A stretch of 64,000 nucleotides of DNA from positions 2,124 to 66,123 of IMG/VR virus record IMGVR_UViG_3300033180_000001. One strand, given 5' to 3'. The stretch is from a virus (Duplodnaviria > Caudoviricetes). Each line of letters opens with the position of its first letter. The first letter of the stretch is position 1. A model generated the notes under the pieces. It had not been told where the DNA came from. It did not search any database and was given only the letters and a program-made list of their open reading frames with translations. The translations under genes were made by a program, and so were the position numbers. Shown piece after piece: positions 52,624-60,595 of this stretch.

Positions 52624-53751
52624 TCAGGCGGCGACCAGCTCGCGCTTCTCGGCCTTGGCCACGGTGGCCACTTCACGCCACTGCGCCGGGGCCATCTCGA
52701 TCACCTCGCCACCGATGCGCTCGAACTCGGTGGCGCGGTCGTAGGCCACGGCGTCTTCCTGGCTGTAGCGGGTGATGGCGCTGTGCACCCCGTAGCGGCT
52801 CAGGTCACCGCCGGCGATCAGCGCGGCCAGCACGCCCTTGCGCTCGCCCTCGTTGAAGCTGAAGCGGCGGCCCACACGCTCCACGACCTCGATGACGTTC
52901 TCCGCGGGCACCTGGTCGGCAGCGGCCTGGCCGAGGCGCTGCGCGGTGGCGGCGAACTTGGCACGCTCGAAGCACGCGGCCACCATGTCCGTGGTCTGCG
53001 CCCACACGGCCTCATTCGTCAGGCGCTTGGTGTTGTCGGTCAGCATCTCGTACACGTCGTCCGACAGCTCGGCGCGCTTGCCAAGGTGGGCGCGGCGCAT
53101 GTTGGCGCCGAAGCTGGCCAGGTTCGTGCAGGCCTTGGTCCACACGCCGTACTCGACCAGCAGCGAGCCGCTGCCCACTTCGCTGTTGCTGATGGTGATG
53201 GCCGGGCTGATCGTGTCGAAAATCGTGTGGCCGCCGTCGCCCATCATCTTGCCGGTGGGCACGCTCTCCTCGATCGTGCGGTCCACGGCCTTGATGTACA
53301 GGCGGCGGTCGGTGATTTCGCACGACAGGATCATCAGGTCGCGCTGCAGCAGCACCGGCAGCACCGCGTCGGCCAGGTCCTCGTTCTCGAGCTGGCGGAA
53401 GCTGTTTGACAGGAAGGCACGCAGCTTGCCGTCCAGCGTGCGCAGCATGCGCGCGTCCTTGGCCTTGTCCTTCAGCCAGCGGTTGATGTTGTCGATCAGC
53501 AGCTTGGGGTCGTCCGCGAGCATGCGGCGGTAGTAGGCCATCGGGATGCCGGCGTACTCCGCGATCTGGCCGTGGGCCAGGTCGTTGATGCCGAACTGAT
53601 GCAAGGTGCCGTTGGCGATCGCGATGGCGGGCTTGTCGTCCACCACTGCGAGCTCGAACTTCGGCACCGGCGCGATGAAGTCCCGCTTTGCCTCCGCGCG
53701 CCGCTCGATTTCAGCTGCGAGGTCTTGCAGGGAACGTCCGATCTTTGCCAT
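52624..53751 (-). CDS. DUF932 (LGT_TIGR03299-like) protein
   Basis: GRSLQDLA.E.ER....KRDFI...AH.QIA...GIP..YY.RM...RTLDG..RAFLS...ISNSEVG.G...CTN. Confidence 0.8.
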   Translation of the reverse strand: MAKIGRSLQDLAAEIERRAEAKRDFIAPVPKFELAVVDDKPAIAIANGTLHQFGINDLAHGQIAEYAGIPMAYYRRMLADDPKLLIDNINRWLKDKAKDARMLRTLDGKLRAFLSNSFRQLENEDLADAVLPVLLQRDLMILSCEITDRRLYIKAVDRTIEESVPTGKMMGDGGHTIFDTISPAITISNSEVGSGSLLVEYGVWTKACTNLASFGANMRRAHLGKRAELSDDVYEMLTDNTKRLTNEAVWAQTTDMVAACFERAKFAATAQRLGQAAADQVPAENVIEVVERVGRRFSFNEGERKGVLAALIAGGDLSRYGVHSAITRYSQEDAVAYDRATEFERIGGEVIEMAPAQWREVATVAKAEKRELVAA

Positions 53752-53799
53752 GGTGTCTATCTCCGGTTTGAGTTGCGCCAGCAACGCGCTGGCCCATTC

Positions 53800-54120
53800 C
53801 TATATGCCAGTCCTGTGCCATGCCTTTGAAGGCTGAAAACCAACTTCTTTTCCCACGTCATGAGAGTCGGATGACAGTTTTCGGTTTGAGGGTGACACTT
53901 CTCGGTCGGTGGGTGACAGTTTTCGGTCCGTGCTAGCTGTTTCATTGATGGCGGAAATTTCTATGCCATGTCGAGCCATGCGGTAGCGCATCTGGCGCAG
54001 CGATAAGCCCATCGCCATGCCGGCTCTCGTCCGGTTGTAGCGGTTCTGCTTCAGTGCCTCGATCAAAAGGCCACATTCGATCTGGTCAAGGTGGTCGTCG
54101 AGGTCTTCGGGTATGGCCAC
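53800..54120 (-). CDS. stand-alone Fis-type HTH resembling the C-terminal DNA-binding domain of PilR (NtrC family)
   Basis: P.DLDDHLDQIE..LL.EAL.QNRYNRTRAG..MGLSLRQMRYRMAR.GI; AAGGAG RBS; no receiver or AAA+ domain. Confidence 0.8.
   Translation of the reverse strand: MAIPEDLDDHLDQIECGLLIEALKQNRYNRTRAGMAMGLSLRQMRYRMARHGIEISAINETASTDRKLSPTDREVSPSNRKLSSDSHDVGKEVGFQPSKAWHRTGI
53805..53820 (-). promoter_or_regulatory. sigma-54 (-24/-12) promoter upstream of DUF932 gene
   Basis: TGGCAC-AGGAC-TGGCA, exact GG-N10-GC spacing; predicted +1 ~53794. Confidence 0.7.
53838..53850 (+). promoter_or_regulatory. IHF-like site between enhancer and sigma-54 promoter
   Basis: AACCAActtcTTT vs consensus WATCAANNNNTTR (2 mismatches). 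Confidence 0.35.
53872..53928. repeat. three direct repeats at 21-bp period: bEBP enhancer (PilR-like) sites
   Basis: TGACAGTTTTCGGT 53872, TGACACTTCTCGGT 53893, TGACAGTTTTCGGT 53914. Confidence 0.8.
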
Positions 54121-54132
54121 TGTCGTCTCCTT

Positions 54133-54230
54133 GTCTAACGCTCTAACGGGGTGCTACCCAGGTTGCCTAGCTACCACGCCTAACCCTTCCTTCAAGCGGA
54201 CCCCGCCAGCCCATCGGGCTCTGGTGGGGG
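54133..54230 (+). mobile_element. decayed integron attC-like half site plus extra RYYTAAC-like cores
   Basis: GCCTAACccttccTTCAAGCGGAC at 54178-54201 followed by apex hairpin; GTCTAAC 54133, CTCTAAC 54141. Confidence 0.4.
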
Positions 54231-54728
54231 TGGGGTTTTGATTTGCGAGTCCACCCAATTCCGCATGTAAGTCCAGCGCTTCTCTGCAACGTCTGGCACC
54301 GACACGCGCACGGAGCGTGTGTGTCGGCCATAGTCGGGGTAATGCGGGCGCACCGGGCCGCAGAACTCGATGTCAACCCATTCGTAGTCGTCGATGTACT
54401 CGTCGTTCATGTAGACGATCTCGCGAACCATCGCAGGCGCGATGCCGAACGCTTCGGCCACGCCTTCCGGGTCTTCCGGGTCGAGCGTATCGAGCGCGAT
54501 GCCACGCTGCGCGCCGAGCACACCAAGTGTGCAAAACTCGCCGTCTTCTGTCGCCAGCAATTCGGCAACCAACGCCTTGACCGGCATGGCGTCGAGCGCT
54601 GCAAGAATCTCTCGCAGCGTTTGCTGCCCACGCTTGCCGCGAATCGCGGAGTTGACCGCACCGCGCCAACGCCCCATTGCGAGCGGGTCATCGTCGCCGA
54701 AATCGTCTGTGTATCCGCTTCTGCTCAT
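54192..54728 (-). CDS. conserved phage hypothetical protein
   Basis: MSRSGY.DD...GRWRGAV.SAIRGKRGQ..LRE..AALDAMP.K.L. Confidence 0.75.
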   Translation of the reverse strand: MSRSGYTDDFGDDDPLAMGRWRGAVNSAIRGKRGQQTLREILAALDAMPVKALVAELLATEDGEFCTLGVLGAQRGIALDTLDPEDPEGVAEAFGIAPAMVREIVYMNDEYIDDYEWVDIEFCGPVRPHYPDYGRHTRSVRVSVPDVAEKRWTYMRNWVDSQIKTPPPPEPDGLAGSA

Positions 54729-55051
54729 TTCGGCTCCCCTCCCTCTACCGCTGGGACAGACCCAAGGGCTGCGATCAAGTCGTCCAGATCAGCGATTGCC
54801 GTCTCTAGCATGACGTTGCAGTCCTTGCGCGCGCCCTGGATCTTGGCGAGATGGATCACGTCGCGGATTTGTTGCAGATCGCTCGGCTCCCGTACCGCTG
54901 GCACTGCAATAGCCGTAGCAATCGATTCCGCCACATAGTCGCGCAGCTGGGCGTCGGTCTTGATGTATTGCAGCGGACTGAACTCTGTGAACCCTGCTGG
55001 CACCTCCCGTACCGCAGGGGCTGGGACAGGTGGGGTGGTGGGTTCGTTCAT
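54725..55051 (-). CDS. hypothetical protein
   Basis: GGAG RBS; internal VPAVRE duplication. Confidence 0.6.
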   Translation of the reverse strand: MNEPTTPPVPAPAVREVPAGFTEFSPLQYIKTDAQLRDYVAESIATAIAVPAVREPSDLQQIRDVIHLAKIQGARKDCNVMLETAIADLDDLIAALGSVPAVEGGEPK

Positions 55052-55806
55052 GACGTTCTCCAGTCGGGTTGCGGTGCACGCAGAAAGTCCAGCAGGTGCT
55101 GCACCGGGCGGCTCGTGATCTTTGCGGCCCAACTGCGCGCCTCTGTCCAGTCGTTCGGGTTGCGGCCCTCGCGCCGGGCCGCAAAGCTCCAGGCCATCGA
55201 GTCGGCTGTTTCGAGCAGCGAGCGCACCAGCGGGTCAGCGAGCGCGGTTGTCTTGAGGCCGAAGCCATGCAGGCGCAGGTCGGGCCGCACGCGCTTGATC
55301 GCGAGCAGCACGGCGGCGATGGCGCCGGGGTCGCCGTTTCGCTTGCAGACCGATCCGACGCCGACCCATTGGCCTTGCGTCAGGCGGTCGCCGTACATTT
55401 CGACGTGCGCCACGTAGCTCTCGGGCTCGTAGCCTTGCAGCACCGGCATGATGTAGACGCCGGGCTTCTCTGCAAGCAGCGCGTCGTATCGCATGACGGT
55501 CAGGCGCTGGTGTTGCTCGACGGTGTGCCCAGTCTTCTCGAGGATGTGGGGTTCGCACATCCAGTCCTGCGCCACAGCTGCCAATAGGTTGCCGCACTTC
55601 GCCCAGCGGCGGATCTCGCGGGCGTATTCGGCCACCGACTGACGGTAGCGACCGTGCCTGCTGATTTCGGTGAAGGCGCCGCTGTCCATGATCCAGTCGC
55701 CGACGACGAAATCAGACTTGCGCATGCGAAGCCGGGTCACGCTCACGAAGGCCTCGGGGAAGTGCTTCGCGTCGGATGGCTGGTGCAGCCCGGGGAAGAA
55801 TCTCAT
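55048..55806 (-). CDS. TGT-fold DpdA-like 7-deazaguanine DNA transglycosylase candidate
   Basis: DSGAFTE, QDWMCEP, PVLQG, GVGSVC, LHGFG.K, DSMAWS. Confidence 0.75.
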   Translation of the reverse strand: MRFFPGLHQPSDAKHFPEAFVSVTRLRMRKSDFVVGDWIMDSGAFTEISRHGRYRQSVAEYAREIRRWAKCGNLLAAVAQDWMCEPHILEKTGHTVEQHQRLTVMRYDALLAEKPGVYIMPVLQGYEPESYVAHVEMYGDRLTQGQWVGVGSVCKRNGDPGAIAAVLLAIKRVRPDLRLHGFGLKTTALADPLVRSLLETADSMAWSFAARREGRNPNDWTEARSWAAKITSRPVQHLLDFLRAPQPDWRTS

Positions 55807-56624
55807 TCCGGCGCCTCGCTCGGCTGTTCGCCTGCACCGGCCGCATAGCCCGTTCCATCGCAGACATCACAGCGGGCGCCTTCCTCGTCGGTACGGTTCC
55901 CAAAGCAGACGTGGCATCGGCTCGGCTCTGTGGGTTCGCCTGCACGCCTCTCAGATTCGATCTCGTCGATGTCGGCGATGAAGTAGAAGCGATCACCGCC
56001 TGGCGACATCAGCGCATCGCGCCCGCCGTGCATCTTGACGACGCGCCACCCGGGTTCGCCTGCACCAGCAGGAGCGGCGTAGAGAGGTCGCATTTCGTAC
56101 AGCTTGGGATCGCTGTTGCGGGCCGGGTCGGTCACGGCTTTGGCATGTTCGTAGGTCGTTGGCAACCAGCCGCCCCACTCGCTAAAGTGGTCCTGGCTGT
56201 CGTGAGCAAGGTGGCCCGGCGTCCTCACGTATCGGCTTCGCATGAGCGCGGCCACCGGCTCGGCGCTTGGCTGGGCCACCGGGGCAGCAACGATGGTCGC
56301 AAAGGCGCGTCGAATTCTGGCGATCTGATCCTCCGAGAAATCGGACATCGACATGGGTCTGTCCGCCTCCGGAACGTTCGAGTGCAACTCGTTCATGAAG
56401 CGAATGATTTGCGCCTCGGTCGGCTGGGCCACTGCTGCGGCCTGGGTGGCTCGGAGCTTGGCTTCCAGGTCGACGATGATCCGCTCGGCGGCATTCAGCA
56501 CAGGCCGGCGCGCTGCGTAGATCATCGATTCCTGCATGGCAACCAAAGCGTTGAGCGTGTCGGCGTATTCGCTTTGGCTGAATTCGTCGGTCGGCTCTGC
56601 CTGTTGGGATGGGGTGGTGGTCAT
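55803..56624 (-). CDS. mosaic hypothetical protein
   Basis: linker-joined segments (AQP..EPVA, PLYAAP), C-terminal CxxC pairs. Confidence 0.65.
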   Translation of the reverse strand: MTTTPSQQAEPTDEFSQSEYADTLNALVAMQESMIYAARRPVLNAAERIIVDLEAKLRATQAAAVAQPTEAQIIRFMNELHSNVPEADRPMSMSDFSEDQIARIRRAFATIVAAPVAQPSAEPVAALMRSRYVRTPGHLAHDSQDHFSEWGGWLPTTYEHAKAVTDPARNSDPKLYEMRPLYAAPAGAGEPGWRVVKMHGGRDALMSPGGDRFYFIADIDEIESERRAGEPTEPSRCHVCFGNRTDEEGARCDVCDGTGYAAGAGEQPSEAPE

Positions 56625-56635
56625 GGTCTTCTCTT

Positions 56636-57055
56636 TCAGAGTTGTGTTTGCTCAATGCGCACCAACAGACGAGCGCCGTTCTCGTCGGGCCGCATCCTCA
56701 AGGCGGTCAGGCTGCGCACCCACTTGTCGTCCTCGATCGCCACGCCCTTGAGCGAGTCGAGGACCACCTTGTTGACGTTGTCGAGGTCGAGGCACTGCAC
56801 GGTGTCGTCCCAGCCTTCCGGGTCCAGTCGCTCGCGCTTGGCCCAGTCAAGCGGCCGGTGCGGGTAGAGCCGCACACTGATGGCCACGCGGCCCAGAAGC
56901 GGGTTCACGATGCCCGCCGCCAGGGCAGCGTCGATGACCTGCTTGCGGTACTTCTTCGCCTCGCTGGTCGGAACGATGGTGATGTGCGTGCCGATTCGCA
57001 CTGGGCGCCAGTACCTATTCGCACTTACGGGATAAGGCAATGTCAGGGCGATCAT
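56636..57055 (-). CDS. rusA: RusA Holliday junction resolvase
   Basis: LPYPVSANRYWR...DLDNVNKVVLDSLKGVAIEDDKWV. Confidence 0.9.
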   Translation of the reverse strand: MIALTLPYPVSANRYWRPVRIGTHITIVPTSEAKKYRKQVIDAALAAGIVNPLLGRVAISVRLYPHRPLDWAKRERLDPEGWDDTVQCLDLDNVNKVVLDSLKGVAIEDDKWVRSLTALRMRPDENGARLLVRIEQTQL

Positions 57056-57309
57056 GATGTGGCCCGACGAACGACGCGCACGTTCATGTGCGGCGCCCAG
57101 TTCCGCGCCATGGCCTTATCGGTGGTGCGCATCGTGCCATCCTCGGTCTCCCATTCGACGGCCTCGGGCAGTGGTGCGTTGGGGTCGGGCAGGCGCTGCA
57201 GGATCTGGTACAGCAACAGAGCCTCCATCGACATGCTGGACGCGATGGTGTTGTTCTGGATCTTTGCGTAGAGGCAGCCAGCGACCAACTCGATCTTCAG
57301 CGCGCTCAT
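57052..57309 (-). CDS. hypothetical protein
   Basis: ATGA overlaps. Confidence 0.6.
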   Translation of the reverse strand: MSALKIELVAGCLYAKIQNNTIASSMSMEALLLYQILQRLPDPNAPLPEAVEWETEDGTMRTTDKAMARNWAPHMNVRVVRRATS

Positions 57310-57956
57310 GCCTCACCCCGCAGCCGCTTCCACTCATCCGCGTAGCCACCCACTACAGGCTCGTTCACGGTGTAGCGGGTATCTGTCGAGCTCGGGCAGT
57401 GCTGCACGACGACATGGTCCGGCTTGAAGGCCTCGCCGCTGTGCAAGACCGTCTTGATCGGCCTGCGCGGCTTCATCTTGAGCTCGTCGGTTGGGTTAAA
57501 CGGCGTGGTGGCCCGTCGTGCCAGATCGATGCGCGGCGTCTTGGCCAAGCGCGGGATTTTCAGGGGCATGGGTTCCTCCTTGGGTTTGGCCTGGTCGCGC
57601 GCCATCGCGCTGATGAAAAAGGTGGCTGGCGGTCCATTGCGGCGCCCGCGGCCCCCACCAAGCTGGAACAGGGTGCCGGCCTTCACCAGGTACGCGCACA
57701 TTTCGCGTACCTTCTTGACGGGACGGCGGACCTCTATGGCGATGTGGTCGCACGTCAGACCGGCCAGCAGGTCTTCGTCCCAGAGTCGCAGAAGTTGATC
57801 GCGCGCTGGTGTCGGCCAAGCCTTCGGTGCATTGCTGCGCAGCATGTCCTGCGCCCATTCAATCGTCAATGGGTCGAGTCCAGCTTGGCCAATCTCTGCA
57901 GCGCGTACGATGTCTCGAGCAACGGTCAGCAGGCGGTTGTACTTCTCGCGTGTCAC
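57306..57956 (-). CDS. hypothetical protein with possible winged-helix region
   Basis: GTGA overlap with dnaB, GGAGG RBS. Confidence 0.6.
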   Translation of the reverse strand: MTREKYNRLLTVARDIVRAAEIGQAGLDPLTIEWAQDMLRSNAPKAWPTPARDQLLRLWDEDLLAGLTCDHIAIEVRRPVKKVREMCAYLVKAGTLFQLGGGRGRRNGPPATFFISAMARDQAKPKEEPMPLKIPRLAKTPRIDLARRATTPFNPTDELKMKPRRPIKTVLHSGEAFKPDHVVVQHCPSSTDTRYTVNEPVVGGYADEWKRLRGEA

Positions 57957-59329
57957 AGTGGGCCTCCTTGGGCTTTTTTCTCGGGTTTCAGCAGATCGTC
58001 GGCTTTGTACTCCGACTCGCCCCACGTCATCAGCTCGGGCCAGAAGTCCAGCGCCAGGCACCCCAGCGGGCCCTGGCGGTTTTTCAGGATGTCCAGGCCC
58101 CGGATGTACGCGCCACGGCTGTCCATCGCGCGCAACGGGAATAGCGCCATCAGCACGTCAGCGTCGGCCTCGAGCGCGCCGCAGTCCTTGAAATCGGACA
58201 TGATCGGCCGCTTGTGCGCACGCTCGTCGACCTTGCGGCCCAGCGCCGACAGCACCAGCATCGCGCAGTTGCGGTCCTTGGCCAGCTGCTTGATGGCGCG
58301 ACTGATCACCTCGAGCTCGCCGTTGCGGTTGTTCTCGCCCTCGCCCATGCCCTTGCACAGCTGCACGTAGTCGAGCACCACGATGTTGACGCCGCGCACG
58401 CTGCGCACCTTGATGCCGATGTCGCCGGCGGTCAGGCCAGGCTGCGGATCGACGTGGAAGTTGATGGCGCGGATCTTCTCGACGGCCTCGCTGAGCCGGC
58501 CCCATTCCATATCGCCCAGCTTGCCGGTCTGGATGTGCTCGTAGTTGATCTGCCCCACGGTGGACAGCACGCGCTCGCCCACCTCGGCGTCGGGCATCTC
58601 CTGGCTCAAGTACATGGTGCTCAGGTTGTCCAGCAGCGCGCTGTGCACGGCCTGCCAGAGCGCCAGCGCGGACTTCCCCATGCCTGGCCGGCCACCCAGC
58701 AGGTAGACCCGGCCGGGCTGGAAGCCGCCGCGCAGCATGCGATCCAGCTGCTGCAGCCCGGTGGTCCAGCCATGCACCACGGTGCCCTCGTTCATCGCGG
58801 TGATGTGGTCCAGCCGCTCGATGATGATGTGCTCGATCGCGCGCGGCGTGTTGGCCACGGTCCCACGCTCGAGGTCGCCGAAGCCGTGGACGATCTTGTC
58901 CAGCTTGTCCGAGGCCGTACCCTGGCCGCGTGCGATCGTCGTGGCCTCGTCGGCCCGTGCGATTAGCTGGCGCTCCCGATGGGTCTCCGCGACGATTTCA
59001 GCGTGCCGACGGATGTGCGCTGCGCTGATCACGCTGTTCGCCATGTCGTTCAGGTAGCGCATCGTGACCTGCTTGGCCACATGGTCGCTGCGGCCCAGTT
59101 CCTCGCACCGCTGGTACACGGTGATGATGTCGGCCGGCTTGCACGCATGCACCATTGACGCGATCACTTCGTAGACCGTGCGGTGCTGCACCGCGTAGAA
59201 CATGCGGCCTTGCAGGATGTCGCCCGCACGGTCGAATGCGGCGTTGTCCTGCAGCAGCGCGCCCAGGACGCCCTGCTCGGCTTCTTCGGACCAGGGTGGC
59301 GCTTGCAGGGTGAATTCGTCTTCGTTCAT
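57953..59329 (-). CDS. dnaB: DnaB-like replicative helicase
   Basis: PPWSEEAEQGVLGALL, GGRPGMGKS, LDYVQL, ISRAIKQLAK, G.LE.DAD, KNRQGP.G. Confidence 0.95.
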   Translation of the reverse strand: MNEDEFTLQAPPWSEEAEQGVLGALLQDNAAFDRAGDILQGRMFYAVQHRTVYEVIASMVHACKPADIITVYQRCEELGRSDHVAKQVTMRYLNDMANSVISAAHIRRHAEIVAETHRERQLIARADEATTIARGQGTASDKLDKIVHGFGDLERGTVANTPRAIEHIIIERLDHITAMNEGTVVHGWTTGLQQLDRMLRGGFQPGRVYLLGGRPGMGKSALALWQAVHSALLDNLSTMYLSQEMPDAEVGERVLSTVGQINYEHIQTGKLGDMEWGRLSEAVEKIRAINFHVDPQPGLTAGDIGIKVRSVRGVNIVVLDYVQLCKGMGEGENNRNGELEVISRAIKQLAKDRNCAMLVLSALGRKVDERAHKRPIMSDFKDCGALEADADVLMALFPLRAMDSRGAYIRGLDILKNRQGPLGCLALDFWPELMTWGESEYKADDLLKPEKKAQGGPL

Positions 59330-59331
59330 GG

Positions 59332-59535
59332 CTACTTGCTTGTGGCGATCGTGCGAATGGTGTTGGCGTTGATCCAGACGCGTCCATCGAACTCGATCAA
59401 TGGCATGTCGACGTCGGTAACGATCGCAAATGCTGGGTAGCCTTGCAGCGGCCAGTCCAAGTGATCAAGGCTAAAAGTGATCACGCATCGTTCACCGATC
59501 AGCTTTTTCATTCCGGTGGTGGTTTCGTTGTTCAT
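59332..59535 (-). CDS. hypothetical protein
   Basis: ATGA overlap with initiator stop. Confidence 0.55.
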   Translation of the reverse strand: MNNETTTGMKKLIGERCVITFSLDHLDWPLQGYPAFAIVTDVDMPLIEFDGRVWINANTIRTIATSK

Positions 59536-60344
59536 TCGGTCTTCTCGATCACGTGTTTCATGCCTTTGTCTGTCATCAGAAAATCAATGTCGCAACGCCA
59601 ATTCGCATGCTCGTCGCTGCGCTTGCCTCGACCCATCAGAAAGTCGTTCTCCCTGGCCCGCTCAAAGTATTTCCGCATCCACGCCAGGCCCTGTTCGTCG
59701 TTCTCGGCGCGTCGCCTGCCTTCGATGCTGCTGGTCAGCACCCATGCCCAGACCTTTTGCAGCGCGGCCTTGCGCTTGGCAGGCATCAGCCGGACAGCTG
59801 GCAGCTCTGGCAGCACCTCGTGGTACAGCGCCACGATCGACTCGATCGGTGCTTTGGGGGCGGTCGTCCGTTGCTTGCCAACGGACCTAGGTCTCTTAAT
59901 CTCTTCTTCAGGTTCAGGTTCAGGTTCAGGCCGCGCATGGCGGGCATTTGTCAGCGGCTCGCCGTCATCTGTCCGCGGATTTACATGCAAGCCTTTGATT
60001 TTGTTGACTGCATCGTCGTCGTCGACCATCAAACCATCGGGCGGCAGCGGGTGTTTCGCGCGCTTCACGCGCAGCCGTTGGCGGTATCTCGGCACGAAAC
60101 CGTACCCTTTCGCGCCCACTTTGTACGGCCTGATCAGGTCCTGCGCGGTCAACTCATCGAGTAGCGGCTGCAGGTTCGACTGGTCCAGCCCAGCCTCGCG
60201 GCCCAGCCTGAAGTGGTTGGCCTCGAACAGACCAATGTCGTCGGCATGCAGCAGGATCGTGACGTACAGCCAACGAGCCGAGATCGACACCTTGTGCACG
60301 CGCTCCGAGCTGGTGATGCCGTCACGGATCATCTTCGATGCCAC
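59532..60344 (-). CDS. replication initiator protein
   Basis: IRDGI.SSERV..VS..AR.LY....ADD.G N-domain, PEPEPEPE linker, C-domain YHEVLPELP...W....DFL; upstream of dnaB. Confidence 0.8.
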   Translation of the reverse strand: MASKMIRDGITSSERVHKVSISARWLYVTILLHADDIGLFEANHFRLGREAGLDQSNLQPLLDELTAQDLIRPYKVGAKGYGFVPRYRQRLRVKRAKHPLPPDGLMVDDDDAVNKIKGLHVNPRTDDGEPLTNARHARPEPEPEPEEEIKRPRSVGKQRTTAPKAPIESIVALYHEVLPELPAVRLMPAKRKAALQKVWAWVLTSSIEGRRRAENDEQGLAWMRKYFERARENDFLMGRGKRSDEHANWRCDIDFLMTDKGMKHVIEKTE

Positions 60345-60463
60345 TACAACCCCAGCCGACGCGCTATGGCCCTGCAGACGCGTTCAATCTCGTCGGCCGT
60401 TGCATTGGGATGGGATCGAAGCCATGAGGCCTTCTCGGCCTCATACCGGTTCCAGGAATTCAT
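60344..60463 (-). CDS. 39-aa leader ORF translationally coupled to initiator
   Basis: MNSWNRYEAEKASWLRSHPNATADEIERVCRAIARRLGL; TAG overlaps GTG start. Confidence 0.55.
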   Translation of the reverse strand: MNSWNRYEAEKASWLRSHPNATADEIERVCRAIARRLGL

Positions 60464-60501
60464 GTGGTTGGTCGCTTCACTGCGCTCACGAGAAAGAAAC
60501 A

Positions 60502-60555
60502 CCGGCAGGTGGTGAGTTCACTTTTCGACCTGCTCATGACTTCAGGCCTAGCCGG
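60502..60555 (-). promoter_or_regulatory. structured 5' leader element upstream of replication genes
   Basis: CCGGCUAGG/CCUGCCGG closing stem, CCUG/CAGG and GUG/CAC arms, GAAAAG junction. Confidence 0.5.
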
Positions 60556-60566
60556 GTTCGGGTTTG

Positions 60567-60595
60567 ATTGTGTCGGGCCTATTTCGCCTTGTCCA
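60567..60595 (-). promoter_or_regulatory. sigma-70-like promoter for replication genes
   Basis: TGGACA-17-CACAAT. Confidence 0.55.

Noticed and set aside
53872-53928. CRISPR mini-array
   Set aside because: 14-bp repeats with 7-bp spacers; no cas genes
53757-53945. 62-aa ORF with TENCHP repeats
   Set aside because: Translation of the 21-bp DNA repeats; overlaps the HTH gene and promoter
59906-59930. TTCAGG tandem repeat in initiator gene as origin iterons
   Set aside because: Encodes the common PEPEPE linker; too short for iterons
60502-60555. Hammerhead ribozyme
   Set aside because: Has GAAA but CUGAAGU does not match the CUGANGA core, and the stem arrangement does not fit
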